Shown here in pieces: positions 55,696 through 64,000 of a DNA stretch of 64,000 bases. The position numbers and the translations under genes are program-made. Within the stretch, counting starts at the first letter, position 1; each line of letters begins with the position of its first letter. Below the pieces are notes generated by a model. That model saw only the letters and a program-made list of their open reading frames with translations, was not told the origin of the DNA and did no database searches. The stretch is from a bacterium (GTDB taxonomy: Bacteria; UBA8248), in assembly GCA_965219955.1 (NCBI GenBank), contig OZ244799.1:4032001-4096000 (forward strand), read 5' to 3'.

Positions 55696-56979
55696 TTAGA
55701 TAGATATGGAAGCGGTTCCGCCCATGTGGGGGCGCAAGGCCTCGGGTATCGTCACGGAGCCGTCCGCGCGCTGGAAGTTCTCCAGAATCGCCACCAGCGT
55801 CCGGCCCACGGCCAGCCCCGAGCCGTTTAAGGTATGGACGAATTCGGGCCTGGCACCCGCACCGGGGCGGTAGCGGATGCCCGCGCGCCGGGCCTGGAAA
55901 TCCTCGAAATTGCTGCACGAGGAGATCTCGCGGTAGGTGTTCTGCGACGGCACCCAGACCTCGATGTCGTACGTCTTGGCGGCGGAGAAGCCCAGATCGC
56001 CCGCGCACAGCGTGACGACGCGGTAGTGCAGCCCCAGTAGTTTCAATACTTTCTCGGCGTCTGCGGTGAGGCTTTCCAGTTCCTCGTAGCTCGTCTCGGG
56101 GCGGCTGAACTTCACGAGTTCCACCTTGTTGAACTGGTGCTGGCGGATGAGGCCGCGCGTGTCCTGGCCGTAAGAGCCGGCCTCGCTCCTGAAACAGGGG
56201 GTATAAGCCGTGTACTTGAGGGGAAGGTCCTCGCCGCTCAGGATTTCGTCGCGGTGGATGTTCGTGACGGGCACCTCGGCGGTGGGGATGAGGTAATACT
56301 TTCCGTCATTTACGCGGAAGAGGTCTTCCTCGAATTTGGGCAGCTGACCCGTGCCCGTCATGGCCTCGGGGTTCACCATGAAGGGGGGGAGCCACTCGGT
56401 GTAGCCGTGCTCGTTCGTGTGCAGGTCGAGCATGAAGTTGATGAGCGCGCGCTCGATATGCGCGCCCGCCCCCCGGTAGAGCGCGAACCGCGCCCCGGCT
56501 ATCTTGGCGGCGCGCTTCATGTCGAGAATCCCCAGGGCTTCGCCCAGCTCGTCGTGCGCCCTGGGTTCGAAGTCGAAAGCGGGTTTCTCGCCCCAGACCC
56601 TCACCAAGGCGTTGTCCTCCGCACTCCTGCCTTCGGGGGTGGTTTCATGCGGCGCGTTGGGCAGTTCCAGGAGGATATCGTTTTGTTTTTGTTCGAGTTC
56701 CCTCAGTTCTCCCTCCATGGATTTGGCCTCGGCCGTCAGGCGCTGGTTCTCGGCCAGAAACGCCTCGACCTCCTCCTCGGACGCCTTGTTCCTTTTCAAC
56801 TCGCCGATTTGCCTGCTGCGCTTTCTCACGTCGGCCACCCGGCTTTCGACCTGGTGGGTCAGATCCCGCCTTCTGGCGTCGATCTCCAGCAAGCCCGGGA
56901 GGTCCCAATCGCCGCCCCTTCGCGCGAGGGCGCGCGCCACCGCTTCGGGGTCTTGTCTGATGAGGCGAATGTCGAACAA
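55696..56979 (-). CDS. serS: Serine--tRNA ligase
   Basis: [58 protein letters not shown]. Confidence 0.98.
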   Translation of the reverse strand: MFDIRLIRQDPEAVARALARRGGDWDLPGLLEIDARRRDLTHQVESRVADVRKRSRQIGELKRNKASEEEVEAFLAENQRLTAEAKSMEGELRELEQKQNDILLELPNAPHETTPEGRSAEDNALVRVWGEKPAFDFEPRAHDELGEALGILDMKRAAKIAGARFALYRGAGAHIERALINFMLDLHTNEHGYTEWLPPFMVNPEAMTGTGQLPKFEEDLFRVNDGKYYLIPTAEVPVTNIHRDEILSGEDLPLKYTAYTPCFRSEAGSYGQDTRGLIRQHQFNKVELVKFSRPETSYEELESLTADAEKVLKLLGLHYRVVTLCAGDLGFSAAKTYDIEVWVPSQNTYREISSCSNFEDFQARRAGIRYRPGAGARPEFVHTLNGSGLAVGRTLVAILENFQRADGSVTIPEALRPHMGGTASISI

Positions 56980-57169
56980 TTTCCACTCCTCCATGATGAA
57001 GCGCCGTGCGGTTTCTGCTTCGGCTAGTGAACATAGAACGGGAGGTTTCGCGCGTCAACGGAAACATCCCCTGGAGGTGAAATAACCGCGCTGGATTTTG
57101 GTCTCGCAAATGGGTATCCTCGATGAATCAGAAGCGTTTTCCGGCAACGACAGGGGATCGGAGGCGAAC

Positions 57170-57646
57170 ATGTTCGGCATCATGCGGTTGATAGTGCGCT
57201 CGGGAGGCGCCGTGGCCGTCTGTCTGGGGATCGTGGCCCTGGCGTTCTACGGCATCGCGCAGACGAGCGTGATGATAGTGGATGAGCCCGCCCGCGCCTT
57301 CAAGGTGCTGGGCGTCTTTTTCGCTCTGTCCGTCGTATTCTGCCTGATGCTGAAATGGGTTTTGCGCCAGGCGATCGCGCAGGCCCTCCGGCCGCTCGGC
57401 GCGGCGAAAGAGGCGACCTCGCGCCTCGTCTCCATCGGCGAGGAAGGCGGCAAGAAAGCGTTTCGCTCGCTCGGCAGAAGAACGCGAAACGCGGGCAGCA
57501 CGCTCACGTGGGCGGTGGGCGGTGCGGCCAGAACCCTGTGGCGCGTGCGCTATGTATGGCCTTCCTCCTGGCGGGGACGCCGCCGGGATGACGCGCAAAA
57601 GCCTGCGGATGTCATCCCCCTCAAGAGGAATCAGGAGGGTCGTTAA
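57170..57646 (+). CDS. Hypothetical membrane protein (two TM segments)
   Basis: GGAGG RBS, two hydrophobic helices, basic tail. Confidence 0.55.
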   Translation: MFGIMRLIVRSGGAVAVCLGIVALAFYGIAQTSVMIVDEPARAFKVLGVFFALSVVFCLMLKWVLRQAIAQALRPLGAAKEATSRLVSIGEEGGKKAFRSLGRRTRNAGSTLTWAVGGAARTLWRVRYVWPSSWRGRRRDDAQKPADVIPLKRNQEGR

Positions 57647-57673
57647 TCTTCAGGCGCGATTGAGAGAGTTTTT

Positions 57674-58141
57674 TCACCTTTCCGGCTGGTCTTCTCTTTG
57701 CTCGAAAATCAGATAGTGGCTTTGCTCCATGTTCAGGTTCCTGTAAACCGCCTGGGCCGCCGCGTTCTGCGCGTCCACGTATAGCTGGAGCCCGCACGCG
57801 CCGGCCTGCTCGGCGAGATTTTTGACGTAGTTGTGCAAGGCCCTGTAGATACCCTGGTTTCTCTCGGACGGAACGACATAGACGTTCTGAATCCACCAGT
57901 ACTGGCCGTTGTTCCAGTCGCTCCACTCCAGCGTGACCCGGATTTGCCCCAGAATCTCATCGCCCCGGTGCGCGAGGTAGTATTGTCCCACCGATGGATC
58001 GGCGAGGGATTTTTCCACGCCCCGGCGGACTTTCCCGGGCTCCAGGCGCAGGTTTTCACTCTCCAGGGCCATCTCGATGTTGAACTGGACGATCGTTTCC
58101 GTGTCCTCGATAGTGGCCGGACGTATCTCGAAATTCATCAT
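57674..58141 (-). CDS. GNAT family N-acetyltransferase
   Basis: IRPAT, EWSDW, IQNVYV..RNQGIY, LYVD..N..A..VY. Confidence 0.9.
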   Translation of the reverse strand: MMNFEIRPATIEDTETIVQFNIEMALESENLRLEPGKVRRGVEKSLADPSVGQYYLAHRGDEILGQIRVTLEWSDWNNGQYWWIQNVYVVPSERNQGIYRALHNYVKNLAEQAGACGLQLYVDAQNAAAQAVYRNLNMEQSHYLIFEQREDQPER

Positions 58142-58415
58142 GCCTCCGAATTGTCGGGTCTGTTTCGATTGTTCTGACGGACCCTATCCAATTCGATGAA
58201 GCAAGTAAAACCCGTACCGGGTGATATCATTTCCCAGGGTTTCATCCATGAACTTTGTGCGGAAATTCGCCTGTTGAGAAATAAAGGGCTTTAAGCCCAC
58301 AATAGATTCGGGCGTGGAGCAGCACTACGATTTCCCGGGTTTTTTCAGGAACTTGCCCAAACGGGTGTCGTCAGGTGAAACGAAACTGGTCAAGCAGGCG
58401 GGCCGCAGGAGCAGG

Positions 58416-59705
58416 ATGTATGACATGCGCTTGAAATTCATGGTGTTAATCGTTTCCATGTTCCTTTTCGCGCTCCCGGCGTTTTCCCGGAAGACATCAA
58501 AAAGCTTCTTCTTTCCCTCCGTTCAAGCTTCGGAAAAAAAAGGGATTCCCGGAAAATGGAAGCATTGGCGGGATTTCGTGAACGATCACTTCCGCTATCC
58601 ATTGCCTCCCATGGGCGAGGCGCCGAAATCATACAAGGGCGCCGAACGCTCCCTTTCGCCGGAGCGTTGCGGCAGCTGCCATCCCGAGCAGTACAAACAG
58701 TGGAGAACCACGCTTCACGCCAGGGCGATGAGTCCGGGCGTATACGGACAGCTCGTCGATATGTGGAAGGCGAATCCCGGGGGAGCGCAAAGCTGCAACG
58801 AGTGCCACGCGCCCTTGGCGGAACAGCAAAAGCGCGCGAATTTCGGCGCGGGCCCTCCGGCGAACTGGCGGAAAAACCCGGTCCACGACCGAAAACTGGA
58901 GATGAGTGGGCTGGTCTGCGCCTCATGCCATGTGCGCGATTGGCGTGTACATGGCCCCCGGAAGAAAGAGACCCCCGAAGGCATGGATGATACGACAGGC
59001 AATGGCCCGCATGGTGGTGTGGAGCGCACGCTTTTCTTCAGCCGCTCTGAATTTTGCACGGGTTGTCACCAGCACACGTTTCCCGGGCCGAACGGGAAAT
59101 CGATTCAGAATACCTACAACGAGTGGAAAAACTCGCTTTGGGGGGAGGAGGGCGTCTCCTGCCAGAGTTGTCACATGCCCGACCGGGCGCATCTGTGGCG
59201 GGGCATACATGACAAGGAGATGACGCAGAGCGCCGTGCAAGTCGACGTTTCGCTGGGAGCGGAAGCGCGCGGGGAAATCGTGACGGCCGTGATCAAGCTC
59301 ACGAACTCGGGCGCCGGCCATTATTTTCCCACCTACATCACGCCCTCGGTGGACGTCATCTCCGAACTTGAGGACAAGACCGGGCGAACCATTCCGGGTT
59401 CAAGGCAGATCAACGTAATTGAGCGGAAGCTCTCGCCCGATTTCAGCCGTGAAATCCATGACACGCGCATTCCCCCCCAAGAATCCATCACGTTCCGGTA
59501 CAGGAGGGGACGAGGCGAAGGAGCCGCCAGGCTCAGGGTGCGCGTTCACGTGCGGCCCGATGCGTTTTATTACAATTTCTTCATGGAATTTCTCAAAAAC
59601 CCTGCCATCTCGAGCCTGTCGCGGGAGCTCATCGAGCAGGCGAGAGACATCGCGGCGTCATCGGACTTTGACATTTATGACGAGAAATTCGAACTGAAAA
59701 ACTAG
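58416..59705 (+). CDS. Multiheme c-type cytochrome (five CxxCH, c554-like N-terminus)
   Basis: CGSCH, CNECH, CASCH, CTGCH, CQSCH; signal-like N-terminus; GAGHYFPT; start uncertain. Confidence 0.9.
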   Translation: MYDMRLKFMVLIVSMFLFALPAFSRKTSKSFFFPSVQASEKKGIPGKWKHWRDFVNDHFRYPLPPMGEAPKSYKGAERSLSPERCGSCHPEQYKQWRTTLHARAMSPGVYGQLVDMWKANPGGAQSCNECHAPLAEQQKRANFGAGPPANWRKNPVHDRKLEMSGLVCASCHVRDWRVHGPRKKETPEGMDDTTGNGPHGGVERTLFFSRSEFCTGCHQHTFPGPNGKSIQNTYNEWKNSLWGEEGVSCQSCHMPDRAHLWRGIHDKEMTQSAVQVDVSLGAEARGEIVTAVIKLTNSGAGHYFPTYITPSVDVISELEDKTGRTIPGSRQINVIERKLSPDFSREIHDTRIPPQESITFRYRRGRGEGAARLRVRVHVRPDAFYYNFFMEFLKNPAISSLSRELIEQARDIAASSDFDIYDEKFELKN

Positions 59706-62029
59706 GAAATCGATCCGGCGGCGCTCTTTTCGCGCACCGCGCGCACGACGTCCTCCGGCGCAATCGGCAACGTGTTGAGGTTCTGGTTTGCCGGGTCCCC
59801 GATGGCGTCCGCTATCGCGTTCGCAATCGCGGGCGCCGCCGGAATGAGCGGCATCTCTCCCGCCCCCTTGGCCCCGTAGGGGCCTTCCACGTCGGGCGAT
59901 TCCACGATCACGCTTGCAATTTCCGAGACGTCCAGACTCGTGGGGTTGAGTTGACTCTCGAAATCCGCGTGGGCGATGAGGCCCTCTTCGTGGTGGATCT
60001 GCTCGGCGAGGGCCCAGCCCAGCCCCTGTGCGATGCCGCCCTCTATCTGTCCGTTCAGGGTGAGGGGGTTCATGGCGAAGCCCACGTCCTGCGCGCTGGT
60101 GATTTTCACCACCCTGGTTTCTCCTGTCTCGGTGTCGACTTCTACCTCGGCGATTTGGGTGGCGAATTCGGGCCCGGGCCTCGAGGGTTCCGGGTGGCCG
60201 CGCACGTTGTCCGTCCGGTGGGGGGGATTCTCTCCGCGGTAGGAGCCGCGCCCGGTCACGGGGCCGTCGCCTTTCCATACGGCCGAATGCGCCACATCGG
60301 TGAACGCGATGGCGCGCGATGGCGCCGCGCGGACGAATATGTTTCCCTCGCCTATCTCCAAGTCTTCCGGGGAGGATTCGAGCATGCGCGCCGCCTGGCG
60401 AAGCATTTGTTCGCGGGCGTCTTCCGCCGCCATGCGCACGGCGTGCGCCATGTTGAACGTGGTCCGGCTCCCCGCGGAGATGGCGTCGAAGGGCGTGGCT
60501 TCGGTGTCGGCGATGCGGACGCTCACCTTTTGGACCTCGGCTCCAAGAACCTCCGCCGCCACCTGCGCCATCACGGTAGCCGCGCCCGTACCGAGGTCGG
60601 CGCATCCGGCCAGCACGGCCAGGCCCCCGTCCTCGTTCACCTTGACCACGGCGCCCGACGCTCCCCCGCCCGTGGGATAGCGTGCGCAGCCGATGCCCAT
60701 CCCCCGCCTGATTCTGCCATTCCGGTTTTCTTTTTTCTGCTTCCCCCAGCCCGCTTTCTTGCCCGCGCGCTCGAGCGTTTCCTTGATGCTTACGCTCTGC
60801 AGAATCGTGCCTGCGGGGTCCTCATCGTTTTCATCCATCCCGTTGAGGATTCGAAAGGCGAGCGGGTCCATTTCCAGTTCCGAGGCGATGCGGTCGGTAT
60901 GGCGTTCGCAGGCGAAAGCGACCTGCGCAACGCCCAATCCCCGGTAGGAGCCGCTGGGCGGAAGGTTCGTATACACGAGCAGACCGTCCACCCGGACGTT
61001 AGGAATCTTGTATGGTCCCGCGCTGGTGTAGCAGGATTTGCCCAGCACCATCGGCCCCGTCATGCAGTAGGCGCCGTTGTTCGATGTGATTTGTATGTGG
61101 CGCGCAATGATTTTCCCCTCCCGCGTCACACCCGTGCGATAGCGCATGCGGTAAGCGTGCCTCGGGTTTCCGGTGATGGTTTCCTCCTCGCGGTTGAGCG
61201 TCAGTTGAACGGGCCGGTTCGACTTTCTGCTCAAAAGTACGGCCAGGGCTTCCATCAGATGTTGGGATTTGCCGCCGAAAGCGCCGCCCACATGGGTGCT
61301 CACGACGCGCAGTTTGTTCATGGGGAGTTCGAGAATTTCCGAGGCGATGGCGCGCACCACGAAAGCCCCCTGGGTGGGCGAATAGACTATCGTGCTGTCC
61401 TCGGGTCCCGGCTCTGCGAGCATGGCGCGGGGCTCGAGATAGTTCTGGTGAACGCGGGGGGTTTCGTATTCGTCCTCGAATACGAAATCCGCGCGCGCGA
61501 GCGCGGCTTCGATGGGATCGCCCGAGCGAATGAGAATATCGGCGGCCACGTTCCCGTAGCGCACGATGCCCGGATATGATGCGTAATCATCCAGCGTGTC
61601 ATGCAGCAGTGGCGCGTCGTCCTTCGTGGCGTCATCCGTCGTGAAAACGGCGGGGAGCACCTTGTAATCGACATGAATTTTCTCGATTGCTGCTTGCGCG
61701 GCTTCGGGGGTTTCGGCGGCCACGGCCGCCACGCGTTCGCCGACGTAAAGCACCTTGTCGATGGCGAGCAGCGGTTCATCGCGCACGAGCCTGCCGTGGC
61801 GGATGCCGGAAAAATCATCCGCGGTGACGACGGCGTGTACGCCGGGAACCTTCAAGGCGTCTGTGGTGTCGATTTTCTTGATCTCGGCGTGGGGGTGCGA
61901 GCTCAGGAGCAATTTCGCGGTGAGGCAGCCGTGCCTCCTTAAGTCATCGCCGAAGTCGGCGAGTCCTGAGACCTTCTCTGCGGAGTCGAGTCTCGGTATG
62001 GATTTGCCCAGAACCTGATATTCAGACAT
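59702..62029 (-). CDS. Xanthine dehydrogenase-family molybdopterin-binding large subunit
   Basis: SSHPHA, HQNYLEP, GGAFGGK, SYRGLG, AGSR, GQIEGGIAQGLG, GAKGAGE. Confidence 0.93.
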   Translation of the reverse strand: MSEYQVLGKSIPRLDSAEKVSGLADFGDDLRRHGCLTAKLLLSSHPHAEIKKIDTTDALKVPGVHAVVTADDFSGIRHGRLVRDEPLLAIDKVLYVGERVAAVAAETPEAAQAAIEKIHVDYKVLPAVFTTDDATKDDAPLLHDTLDDYASYPGIVRYGNVAADILIRSGDPIEAALARADFVFEDEYETPRVHQNYLEPRAMLAEPGPEDSTIVYSPTQGAFVVRAIASEILELPMNKLRVVSTHVGGAFGGKSQHLMEALAVLLSRKSNRPVQLTLNREEETITGNPRHAYRMRYRTGVTREGKIIARHIQITSNNGAYCMTGPMVLGKSCYTSAGPYKIPNVRVDGLLVYTNLPPSGSYRGLGVAQVAFACERHTDRIASELEMDPLAFRILNGMDENDEDPAGTILQSVSIKETLERAGKKAGWGKQKKENRNGRIRRGMGIGCARYPTGGGASGAVVKVNEDGGLAVLAGCADLGTGAATVMAQVAAEVLGAEVQKVSVRIADTEATPFDAISAGSRTTFNMAHAVRMAAEDAREQMLRQAARMLESSPEDLEIGEGNIFVRAAPSRAIAFTDVAHSAVWKGDGPVTGRGSYRGENPPHRTDNVRGHPEPSRPGPEFATQIAEVEVDTETGETRVVKITSAQDVGFAMNPLTLNGQIEGGIAQGLGWALAEQIHHEEGLIAHADFESQLNPTSLDVSEIASVIVESPDVEGPYGAKGAGEMPLIPAAPAIANAIADAIGDPANQNLNTLPIAPEDVVRAVREKSAAGSIS

Positions 62030-62105
62030 TTGCGCCCTCATCATGACGTTCAAGACATTATCGTTTCTTGACGAGTCCTCGATCACGAAATTGGCATATT
62101 TGAGT

Positions 62106-62849
62106 TTATCTTACTTCCAGCTTTTCCAAAAAGCCGCGTATCCGCCTGGCGTTCTCGCCGATATCGCCGACGCCGACGCGGGACTTCGAGCGGATGTCGA
62201 GGCGCGTTTTTCCGCTGCTCGACGTGATCCGTATGACGATATCGTCGATGAAGCCGTACCAGAAAGTCGTGTCATAGGCCTCGATGCGTCCTTCGGTCGG
62301 TTTGGACGACACCACATGCCAGCCCATGGCGTTCGCGGCGTCCCGGGCGCGCTTGAAAACTTCTTCTTTTGAAGTCTGGAAAGTAAGTGGTTTGATATCC
62401 GGATATGCTTTTTCCTGGAGCCGCGCGATGCGCGCCCCCCCGTAGGCGGGCGGGTTCTTCGCCCCTGTCCTGAGCGGGAGAACGGCCTGAAAGACGGGCG
62501 GGTTTCGGGTGTCCGTCGTGATGTCGTGAATCTTGGGCACCCGTCTCGCGATCTGCATGTGCGCGTGTAGAAAGCCCGCAACGATGAAGCCGAGTGCGAT
62601 GCCGAGCGCGGCGGCCAGCGTCTTGCGCCTGGAGGCGTCTCGCAAGGCGAACAGGCCACCCGCCATGGAGACGGCCACGGAGAGCAGCGCGATGACGGAT
62701 GCCGCCTTGAAAATCTGGAACCCCGTGCTGAAATGCCACAGCTCCCAGCGATGGCCCAGCCCCGACGCCACGGCGGCCAGCGCGCAGACGCCCGATATGA
62801 ACAGGCCCAGATACGAGATGGATGAGAGAACGCTTGATTTATTGGCCAC
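62106..62849 (-). CDS. DUF1499 domain membrane protein
   Basis: IHDITTD...PP.F, YPDIKPL, GRIEA..TT..YGF.DD..IR, DIRSKSRVG.GD.GENARRI. Confidence 0.88.
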   Translation of the reverse strand: MANKSSVLSSISYLGLFISGVCALAAVASGLGHRWELWHFSTGFQIFKAASVIALLSVAVSMAGGLFALRDASRRKTLAAALGIALGFIVAGFLHAHMQIARRVPKIHDITTDTRNPPVFQAVLPLRTGAKNPPAYGGARIARLQEKAYPDIKPLTFQTSKEEVFKRARDAANAMGWHVVSSKPTEGRIEAYDTTFWYGFIDDIVIRITSSSGKTRLDIRSKSRVGVGDIGENARRIRGFLEKLEVR

Positions 62850-63441
62850 GGATCTTCTTTTTCAACCTCTCGATGGCGGCCTGCAACTCCCCGGGTCCTT
62901 CGGGATTCTGCTCCACGTGCCCGAAGGCGTAGTTGATCGTGTTGGCGAAGTTTCTGTAGACAGCGGCGGCGATGATGTCCACGACGTTCTCCTCGCTGAA
63001 GCCGGCGGCCCGCAGACTTTCGATGTCCGTTTTTTCCATCGAGTGAGGCGTGTGAGTGATCTTCTCCGCATAGGCGAGCATGGCGCGGTCCGCTTGGTCG
63101 AGGATTCCCGCTCGCGTCGGGTCGTCCAGCACCTCGGCTACTTCGGCGATGGAGGCGTCATCGCATTCGTCACGGAACAACTGCCCGTGGTTCATCGCTC
63201 AGCCGTATCACCCCCCGTGAGCCGCCACGTAAAAAGCGAGCAACTCCGCCCGCCTCGTGCCGAGGCTCGAGCCGCCATGAACCGCTCCACGGAGCGTTTC
63301 ACGCCCGGCCAGAATATCGGGCCTCCTGCCCATCTCGAGAAACATCCTGGGAATGGGTTTTCTCGCCTCCCGCAGACCTTCGACAATTTCTTTTGTCGCT
63401 CCCTCCGCGGCATCCGGAGAAATGGGTCGAATCCAGCTCAT
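62839..63441 (-). CDS. AhpD/peroxidase-related protein with double selenocysteine U-Y-G-U (TGA at 63208-63210 and 63199-63201)
   Basis: ORFs 63208-63441 and 62839-63195 are in frame: RRAELLAFYVAAHGG-U-YG-U-AMNH; C-terminal AMLAYAEKITHTPH..DIESLRAAGFSE. Confidence 0.82.
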
Positions 63442-63633
63442 GTCGTCCTCCTTTGATAATCGTGGAAGAGGTTCTCAAGCACAGGAGAATTGCGCAAGAG
63501 AGACGCTCGAAATCTTTGAATGTTTCCTCGTATAGATGAAAGGGTTCCTAAAGATGGATTGCCGTTGCCTATCATGATGCTCGTGCTTCATTATCAACCT
63601 CGTAGTTTCGTTCTTGATTGATCGGGGGACGCC

Positions 63634-64000
63634 ATGAAATTCGACCTGTCGCTGATCGTCATCACCGACCGGGAGATATTGTCCCGGGCTTCCGGATGGA
63701 AGCTGAGGGACGCGGTTCGCGCAGCCGCGGCGAACGGAGCCGGCACGATCCAGCTTCGAGAGAAAAACTTGAGCGGCGTGGAAATGATTCGCCTGGCGGA
63801 TGAGTTGCGAGAGGCTCTGGAGGGAACCGGCTGCGCTTTTACGGTGAACGATCGGGTGGACGTCGCCATGGCCTGCGGCGCGGACGGGGTGCATCTGGGA
63901 CAGGAGGATTTTCCGCTTCCGAGGGCCAGGGAGATGGCGGGAGATGCGTTGTTTTATGGCGTGACGGCCGGGAAATCCGAATGGGCGTCGCGGGCCGCCG
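63634..64000 (+). CDS. thiE: Thiamine-phosphate synthase (runs off the window end)
   Basis: LIVITDR, IQLREK, VNDRVDVAMACGADGVHLGQED. Confidence 0.93.
   Translation, partial: MKFDLSLIVITDREILSRASGWKLRDAVRAAAANGAGTIQLREKNLSGVEMIRLADELREALEGTGCAFTVNDRVDVAMACGADGVHLGQEDFPLPRAREMAGDALFYGVTAGKSEWASRAA

Overview
GC-rich bacterial chromosome segment from a heterotrophic scavenger. It carries three tripartite tricarboxylate transporter (TctABC) sets, two ABC systems, M20/amidohydrolase/AtuA-type catabolic genes, a pfk gene, serS, thiE and two tRNA-Ser genes. Main signals: (1) Three genes that the ORF track splits at in-frame TGA codons read as selenoproteins: an AhpD-like CxxU protein (7786-8439), a UGSC-family U-G-G-C fusion (33206-34816), and an AhpD-like protein with a double-selenocysteine U-Y-G-U motif (62839-63441). 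Each has a hairpin just downstream of the TGA. (2) A low-GC island at the 3' end of tRNA-Ser(TGA) holds a stack of four IS66-type miniature elements, a decayed XRE regulator, and a four-gene candidate defence locus (ParB/Srx-like, PD-(D/E)xK-like, m4C methyltransferase, TIR). An intact IS256 with an 8-bp target duplication lies next to it. (3) A small GIY-YIG nuclease gene is bracketed by inverted hairpin repeats, and a gene-less copy of the same repeat pair occurs elsewhere. (4) Many REP-like palindromes sit inside IS5/IS1182-type terminal repeats with variable cargo. (5) There is a full-length decayed copy of tRNA-Ser(TGA) with strand-biased C>T changes, three type II TA modules and one candidate new TA pair. 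All calls come from reading the sequence and motifs; no database searches were run.
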